A stretch of DNA of 64,000 bases from Azolla caroliniana (lineage: Eukaryota; Plantae; Polypodiophyta). The position numbers were made by a program, and so were the translations under genes. The DNA is taken from NCBI GenBank assembly GCA_043228905.1, contig JBHGNT010000007.1, forward strand, positions 5,332,001 to 5,396,000, given 5' to 3'. Under the pieces are notes generated by a model. That model was not told the DNA's origin, made no database searches, and saw only the letters and a program-made list of their open reading frames with translations. Shown piece after piece: positions 57,901-64,000 of this stretch (position 1 is the first letter of the stretch; every line of letters begins with the position of its first letter).

Positions 57901-59118
57901 CGCGCCTTCCTCTTAGCCTTCTCGGCTCGCTCATTGTCTAGCCGTTGGCACACCCTTCCGACCTTCGACCAGTCCTCCGTAAGCCCATTCGCTCCGTCAT
58001 CATCTTCGAGCTCAATCCCGATGGCGTCCCGTTCCGCTCGGTCGATCGACCTGACGAACAATAGAACTTTGTCCACCCCCACCAAACCTTGTTCCCGCTC
58101 CGGGAGCCGAGCAAGCCGTCGCTCAAACTCCCGGAACGCCTTCGTTGCGCCCCGGTGGGTCTTTGCCGATGCTACCCACTGGTCGAAGTCGTGCCGTCCC
58201 CGGCTCTTCCGCCGTCCTCCATATGCCTGCAGGAGCGCCTCTTCAAAGGCCTCCCACGAACTATGAGCTAGCCCGAGCTCCTTCACTTCCGCGTGCATAC
58301 GGACGGCGACAGCCCGACAGAAGAACTCCAGCCTCAACGCTTCGTCCACGTCTCGCTCCTCCATTTCCGTGTTGTAGGCTTCCAAGAAAGATGGGACTTC
58401 GTCCCCGTTGAAACGGCCGACTCTTTCGACCACTCGCTCAACCGCTTGTTGCGCTGCTTCTCGCCTCATCACCACTCGTGCCGACTCCAACACCACTTCG
58501 GCCACCATCTCCGCGAGGTCATCATCTTCTGGCTCCATCCTCCCTTGCCGCCTTTCACGTCGGGTTCACCAAATATGTCGCGTTGTTATGCGCGTGCGTG
58601 TAGAAAGGTGGGACCACGGGGGTCCTGGACTAGGGAGTGACGGAGCGTAGGAAGTCGTGCTTCACCCTCTTCGGGGCACCCCAGGAGCACACCGGAAGCA
58701 ACCGACCGAGAGAGACAAAGAGATGGAGACAGAGAGGGAGCGCGCGCTTGACACCGACTCACGCACACACACACACACACACACACCGACCCGACTCACG
58801 CCCTTATGTGCAGGAACACAGGAAAGGGGAAGCACCCGACACCAATAGAGACACGAGTATACACAGACAGACGCAAAAGTATGTATTACAAGGGAAAGAT
58901 TACAACCCTAACTTCGAGTCGGACCAAGCTAGGGTAGGTTACAACAACAGTCTGCAGCCAAGCCGCCGTCCGGGGAGCTCTCGAGCTCGTCACGCAGAGC
59001 GGGGTCTTGCACAAGAGACCGAGCGGGAACAACCCTCCACAGTCCACCCACACCGTGAAGAAGAGGAAGAAGAAGTAGAAGAACTAACCCTAAATCTAAC
59101 GGTATACCCTCTAACACA
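54975..59118 (-). mobile_element. Gypsy E: non-autonomous Gag-only (TR-GAG-like) LTR element of the B/C family; 5' LTR truncated by the duplication
   Basis: 3' LTR 54975-55735 (761 bp) and 5' LTR 58576-~59118. tRNA-Trp PBS at 58571-58554. Same PPT as B at 55748-55736. Flank ACGG. No PR/RT/RH/IN motifs seen in the 2.84-kb interior. Confidence 0.88.
57570..58538 (-). CDS. gag: Gag-like ORF of element E (322 aa)
   Basis: VGRFNGDEVPSFLEAY..WEAFEEALL..FREFERRLARL..KVLLFVRSID..GLTEDWSKV aligns by eye with the B/C Gag N-terminal half. No zinc knuckle or protease. Confidence 0.8.
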   Translation of the reverse strand: MEPEDDDLAEMVAEVVLESARVVMRREAAQQAVERVVERVGRFNGDEVPSFLEAYNTEMEERDVDEALRLEFFCRAVAVRMHAEVKELGLAHSSWEAFEEALLQAYGGRRKSRGRHDFDQWVASAKTHRGATKAFREFERRLARLPEREQGLVGVDKVLLFVRSIDRAERDAIGIELEDDDGANGLTEDWSKVGRVCQRLDNERAEKAKRKARDGMPSQREEAEQQRESARVSVGARIAKAYAALEAMLEEEERSRSQAETEETDLPHAMTEGRYHGTTGEGAEQNALLTKERPDREPNHATLRYGWSVIQSWIVRSGPDSA

Positions 59119-59154
59119 AGACACAAAAGTATGTATTACAAGGGAAAGATTACA

Positions 59155-61362
59155 ACCATCGCGTACATCAAGGAGTTGACTGTCGGTGCATATGGTACTG
59201 ACTTCTTATCTTCCCCGTCCGGACAGGTAGTCTCGTTGAGACAGCCGAAGATTGATTGAGAGCGGGTTTGAAGCAAATTTGGCCGATTGCATGTTGAAGT
59301 GTTCTAGGACACGACCGATATAGTCGGATTGAGATAGAAATAGTTGCCGTTGATTTCGATTCCGACTTATCTTCATCCCGAGAATGTGTCTTGCCGGACC
59401 GAGGTCCTTGATGGCAAACTTCAACTGCAGTTGCCGAACAAGTTCGACGAGCTCACCGGCATGCCGGCCGGAGAGTAGCATGTCGTCCATGTATATGATG
59501 AAGAAGATGGGTGACCCATCTTGAGTTGCTTTGGTGAAGAGGCAGTGGTCGTCATCGTTCTTTGAGAAGCCGATTGATTGGATGAAGTCGTCAGACTTGT
59601 TATACCACTGTCTTGATGCCTGTTTTAGGCCATATAGATTCTTCCTGAGTCGGAAGACTAGATGTTCCTGGCCGGAGGCCACAAAGCCTTTCGGCCGCTC
59701 CATATCAATTTCCTCCTCTAGGTCACCATGGAGGAATGCCGTTTTTTATCTAGCTAAATTAGTTCCAAGTTCTCGGCTGCCACTATGCCAAGCATAAAAC
59801 GAAGGGTCGTCATTTTCACCACTGGTGAAAAGATCTCGTCAAAGTCGATGCCATATTCTTGTGGAAAGCCCTTTGCTACTAGTTAGGCCTTGAATTTTGG
59901 GGTGGACGAATCAGACGTCTCTTTTAATCTATAGACCCACTTGCATGGAAGAGCATGTCGATTCTTCGGTAATTCGTCCAGCTCCCAAGTCTTGTTTGCC
60001 CGAATGGAGTTCATTTCCGACTCCATCGCTAGATGCCATGTGGCTTAATCGGCTGATACCGATGCTTTTTTGTATGACATCGGTTCGCCGACATCTGTAA
60101 AGAAGATTCTAGGAGATTACCTCTCCGGGGGTTGTGATAGTCGCTCCAATCTTCGAGGTATGACTAGACGAGTCGCGTCGGGTGTCGGAGTCTGTTGGTT
60201 CAAAGCCAAATCATTCGGTGCCGAGTCGGTGCTAGAGGATTCGGCTACCCATGAAGCCGACCTCGTGTTATGGGTTGGCCCATCATGAAGAGCTGGCACA
60301 TATGAGAAGGTTTCCCTTCGGACTTCAATAGGCCTTTTGGCTGTCTTGTGCATAGCCGACTCATTGAACACTATGTCCGAACTTCGAACAATTTGTTTGT
60401 GCTTGGGGTCCTGGAGTCGGTATCTGAACTCGTCGTCTAGTCCATAGCCAAGGAAAATACATTTCCTGGACCTCGGTTCTAATTTTCGGCGCTTGTCTTT
60501 TGTTATGAGGGCGTACGCCTTGCATCCGAAAATTCTTAGCTTGTCGTAATTCAGCTTCCTGCCGGTCCATAATTCCTGAGGTACTTGAAGTCCTAGAGGC
60601 CGCCTCAACGACATATTGATTATTTGTATTGCAATAAGTAGGGCCTCTGCCCAGAAGCCATCCGACAGTCCGGAGTGTTGGAGCGTGGATACTATCCGTT
60701 CTTGAATTGTCAGATTCATTTGTTTGACAATTCCATTTTGCTCCACACTATAGGGCGTCGTATATTCACGTCGAATGCCGCGCTGTCAGCAAAGTGTGAC
60801 GAATTCTTCAGACTTGAACTCTCCCCTATTGTCAGTTCGAAGGCATTTCAGCTTTCGATCAGACTGGTTCTCTACCATGGCAAGCCATTCATGGAAGATC
60901 GAGAACACTCGATCTTTGGTTCTTGCTGGGTAAGCCCACACTTTCTTGGTTGAGTCATCAATGAAATTGACGAAGTAGGAGGTGCCACCAAGGGATTGAT
61001 GTGGAATTGGACCATAGACGTCCGGATGGACTAGATCAAGTGGACTTCATTCTCTCAGTGATGCCGTCGGTTGTGAGGCTACGGCTTGCTTGCCATATTG
61101 ACAATGCTCACAGAACTAGTGATCCGAGAAGGGGAGTTTGGGGATATATCCGGCTCTAGATAAATGCGTGATGCCGGCCTTGCTGAGGTGTTCGAGTTGT
61201 CCATGCCATAATGATGACATAGGAATATCAACCAGGAACAAGTCACCCTACCCTCTCTGAGTGTGACATATAGCGGGTACAGAGAATGTACTTTCGGTCC
61301 TCGAGCAAGTAGGAGGTTCCCTCCTATGGAATGTCCACCCTCTTGATGAGAAGCTGGCACGG
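59155..61362 (-). mobile_element. Duplicated copy of the Copia G RT/integrase segment
   Basis: Matches 52767-54974. Confidence 0.93.
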
Positions 61363-64000
61363 TGTGGCGTTGTTACGCGCGTGCGTATAGAAAGGAGGGA
61401 CCACGGGGGTCCTGGACTAGGGAGTGACGGAGCACAGGAAGTCGTGCTTCACCCTCTTCGGGGCACCCCAGGAGCACACCGGAAGCAACCGACCGAGAGA
61501 GATAAAGAGAGGGAGACAGAGAGGGAGCGCGCGCTTGACACCGACTCACGCACACACACACACACACACATCGACCCGACTCACGCCCTTATGTGCAGGA
61601 AACGCAGGAAAGGGGAAGCACCCGACACCAACAGAGACACGAGTATACACAGACAGACGCAAAAGTATGTATTACAAGGGAAAGAATACAACCCCGGCTT
61701 CGAGCCGGACCAAGCTAGGGTAGGTTACAACAGCAGTTTGTAGCCAAGCCGCCGTCTGGGGAGCTCTCGGGCTCGTCACGCAGAGCAGGGTCTTGCACAG
61801 GAGACCGAGCGGGAACAACCCTCCACAGTCCACCCACACCGCAAAGAAGAGGAAGAAGAAGTAGAAGAACTAACCCTAAATCTAACGGTATACCCTCTAA
61901 CACAAAATGGGCAACCCCTCTACAAGGGACCATCCCTTCCTTTTATAGAACAAGGAGAGGGATGCGTTACAATGTGGGATAAATCCTGATTTACATGGGA
62001 TTCTTCATCCCGACTTGACTCTTATTATTCACACAATTACATGAGTGTGAGTGCACATGGTGCACCCCGCCGATGTAGCCAATATTTCCCGGTTTCTGCC
62101 TCTGGACGAAATTCTTCACGACATCCGCCCCCACCTAACCGCATGTCCACTGGTACGTGCCAAATCCGGTGAAGGGTGAGAGATTTCGGCCGGTGAGAAA
62201 CCGGTCTTCCGTAATCCGCATCCCGGCTCGCTGTCGGTTTGAATCGTCGGCTGCGATTCTCCCTTCACGCTTACCTCTCCGTAGGCTTGTTCGACCCATC
62301 GATGGGTCCTTCGCCGTGATCTCCGTAGTACGCGTACTTCCGCTGGGCCTTGTTCAGCCGTATGCACGCTCCGTTCTCCGCCGTACATCCGTTGCCCTTC
62401 GCTTGAGGAACGCCCGTTGTGGCCCGCCTGGCCTCCGTCGACCATTCATGTCGTCCTGATCGTCGTCCCACATTGTTCCCCGCCGCATTCGTCCCCTTGC
62501 TGCCACCTTCCTTCTCCTTGGTCTTACGTCGCTACGTCAGCTCGGACCGCCAAGGCCTTCGGAACTGTCTGGAGGTTCCTTCTCCGGTCTTCTACGCACG
62601 ACCTCCGAACCGGGCGACCCATTCTTCACGCTCACCTTTCCGGTCCGGCACCTCCGTGTGCCGTCTTCCGCTTCCTTTGTTCGGCGCCACCTGTGCCGAA
62701 CACCGTCCCGTAGTCACGCTTCGATCCGGCCCGCGATGGCCCCTTGCGAGACTCTTGTTCTGCTTCGTTTCTTTGCTTGCCGAAATTCAGGGTATCTTTG
62801 TTTGAGTCCCTCCCGGATTTTCCTCGTGTCTTCCGCGTAGTCGGGTCTCGTTTCCCGCCGCCACCAACCTCTCTTGGTCTCATGTTACCACGTTGGCTGA
62901 ACAACCAGAGTCTCTGGTTTGGTGTGGGGATCCCATAGGACTGGACTTCCTTATGCCCACTCACCTTGTCGGAAGGTTTGAGATGGTTCGTAGCCGCCTT
63001 GCCGACCTGATACCTTCTTTCTCTGCTTCCGTCGTCCGATCACGTTCACCTGCCGCCACCGATCTCCCCTATAGGACTCACGCCGGCACTCGGGCTGACC
63101 GCCGGATCGGTGTGAGGATCTTCGTGGGACCTCGGTTTGCCCGCCCTTGTCCCCCCGCCGCCACCGTCAGTATCTTGATCTTACGCCGACCGCGCTGTTG
63201 ACTGCCGAAGTCTCTAGATCCGGTGTGAAGGATCCTCCTTGGGCTCCTCGTATCCTTGACCCTTATCCCGGGTCTTTCTTCTTTCGCAAGTCGAGAGGGT
63301 GGCTTGCTCCACACCCTCTCCCATGGTACCGACGTACCGTGTTCCCGGCCTCTTCGTAGGCCTGCTCTCTTCCTCCCTCCCGGAATGGTTATCTGGGAGT
63401 CCGCTCCGCCCGGTTCTCGTCCGGGTCCGTTCGTCATTCCCCGGATTGCCGGGTCCCGTTTTCCTGTCGCCACCGACCTCTCCTATAGGACTCACGCCGG
63501 CACTCGGGCTGACCGCCGGATTGGTGTGAAGATCTCATGGGACCGGTCTTTGTTCTCCTCTTCATCCCCGTACTTCTCCGTAACTCGTCGCCGCTCTCCT
63601 TGCTGCATTCCCGCCTCCATCTTCCATCTCTTTCGGTCTTACGTTGCCCCGTCGGCCGAACAACCGTAGTCTCCGGATAGGATGTGGCGTAACCGATTTC
63701 GCAACGTCTTTCGGCAACTCGTCTGGGCCACCGCCCCCTTTAGTGGTGTCAGTGGATAGCATCTGTTTTGTGATCAATCAAGCCCCACCTGAGCTTGATT
63801 CTCCAATGTTCGGAGTTTCGGCTCCGATGCCGATCTTGCCAGACTCTTTCCGAACCTCTGATCACCCTCCTTCCAATTCTCGACCTTCGCCTGGTCGGTC
63901 TTTCTCCCCATGTAAAAGAGGGCGGCTCGTCCCGCACCCTCTCCCGTATCGGCACCTTTATGCTGAATCCGGCCCCGATCGAACAATCCACGACTGGATT
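61363..64000 (-). mobile_element. Duplicated copy of Gypsy E (3' LTR 61363-62123 plus interior), running off the window
   Basis: Matches 54975-57612 apart from one noticed SNP. The same host junction shows this is a duplication, not a new insertion. Confidence 0.93.

Larger units (their letters stand above)
52767..64000. repeat. 6,388-bp tandem segmental duplication (unit 52767-59154; second copy 59155 to the window end)
   Basis: ORFs recur at an offset of 6388. The only difference I noticed is G55910 vs A62298. Confidence 0.96.

Noticed and set aside
57256-58266. 336-aa ORF antisense to E gag, and similar antisense ORFs over B and C
   Set aside because: Ser/Pro-rich shadows of GC-rich coding sequence with no recognisable motif.
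61363-64000. Sixth independent Gypsy insertion supporting CG targeting
   Set aside because: It is part of the segmental duplication with the same junction as E, so it was not counted.

Overview
Land-plant nuclear DNA, possibly from a non-seed plant (inferred from the TE types, not proven). Bases 1-18.8 kb are AT-rich and CpG-poor. They hold an intact 11-exon CDPK-related kinase (CRK) gene on the minus strand (612 aa), decayed plastid fragments (trnR-ACG, psbC), microsatellites and a fossil Mutator transposase. Bases 18.8-64 kb are a four-level nest of LTR retrotransposons, most of which can be delimited by LTRs and target-site duplications (TSDs). An old Copia (G) hosts Copia A, Copia D and a Gag-only Gypsy E. 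D hosts Copia F, F hosts Gypsy B and Gypsy C, and A and D each carry a Gypsy solo LTR. The window ends inside a near-identical 6,388-bp tandem duplication. The best candidate for an undescribed system is the Gypsy family. All five independent insertions sit at CG-centred 4-bp sites (NCGT in element orientation) inside Copia coding sequence, although the integrase has no chromodomain. The family primes on tRNA-Trp and separates Gag-protease from RT-RNaseH-integrase by a conserved -1 frameshift cassette with a covarying stem. It includes autonomous, Gag-only and solo-LTR members that share LTR termini. Element letters are my own labels; all comparisons were made by eye.
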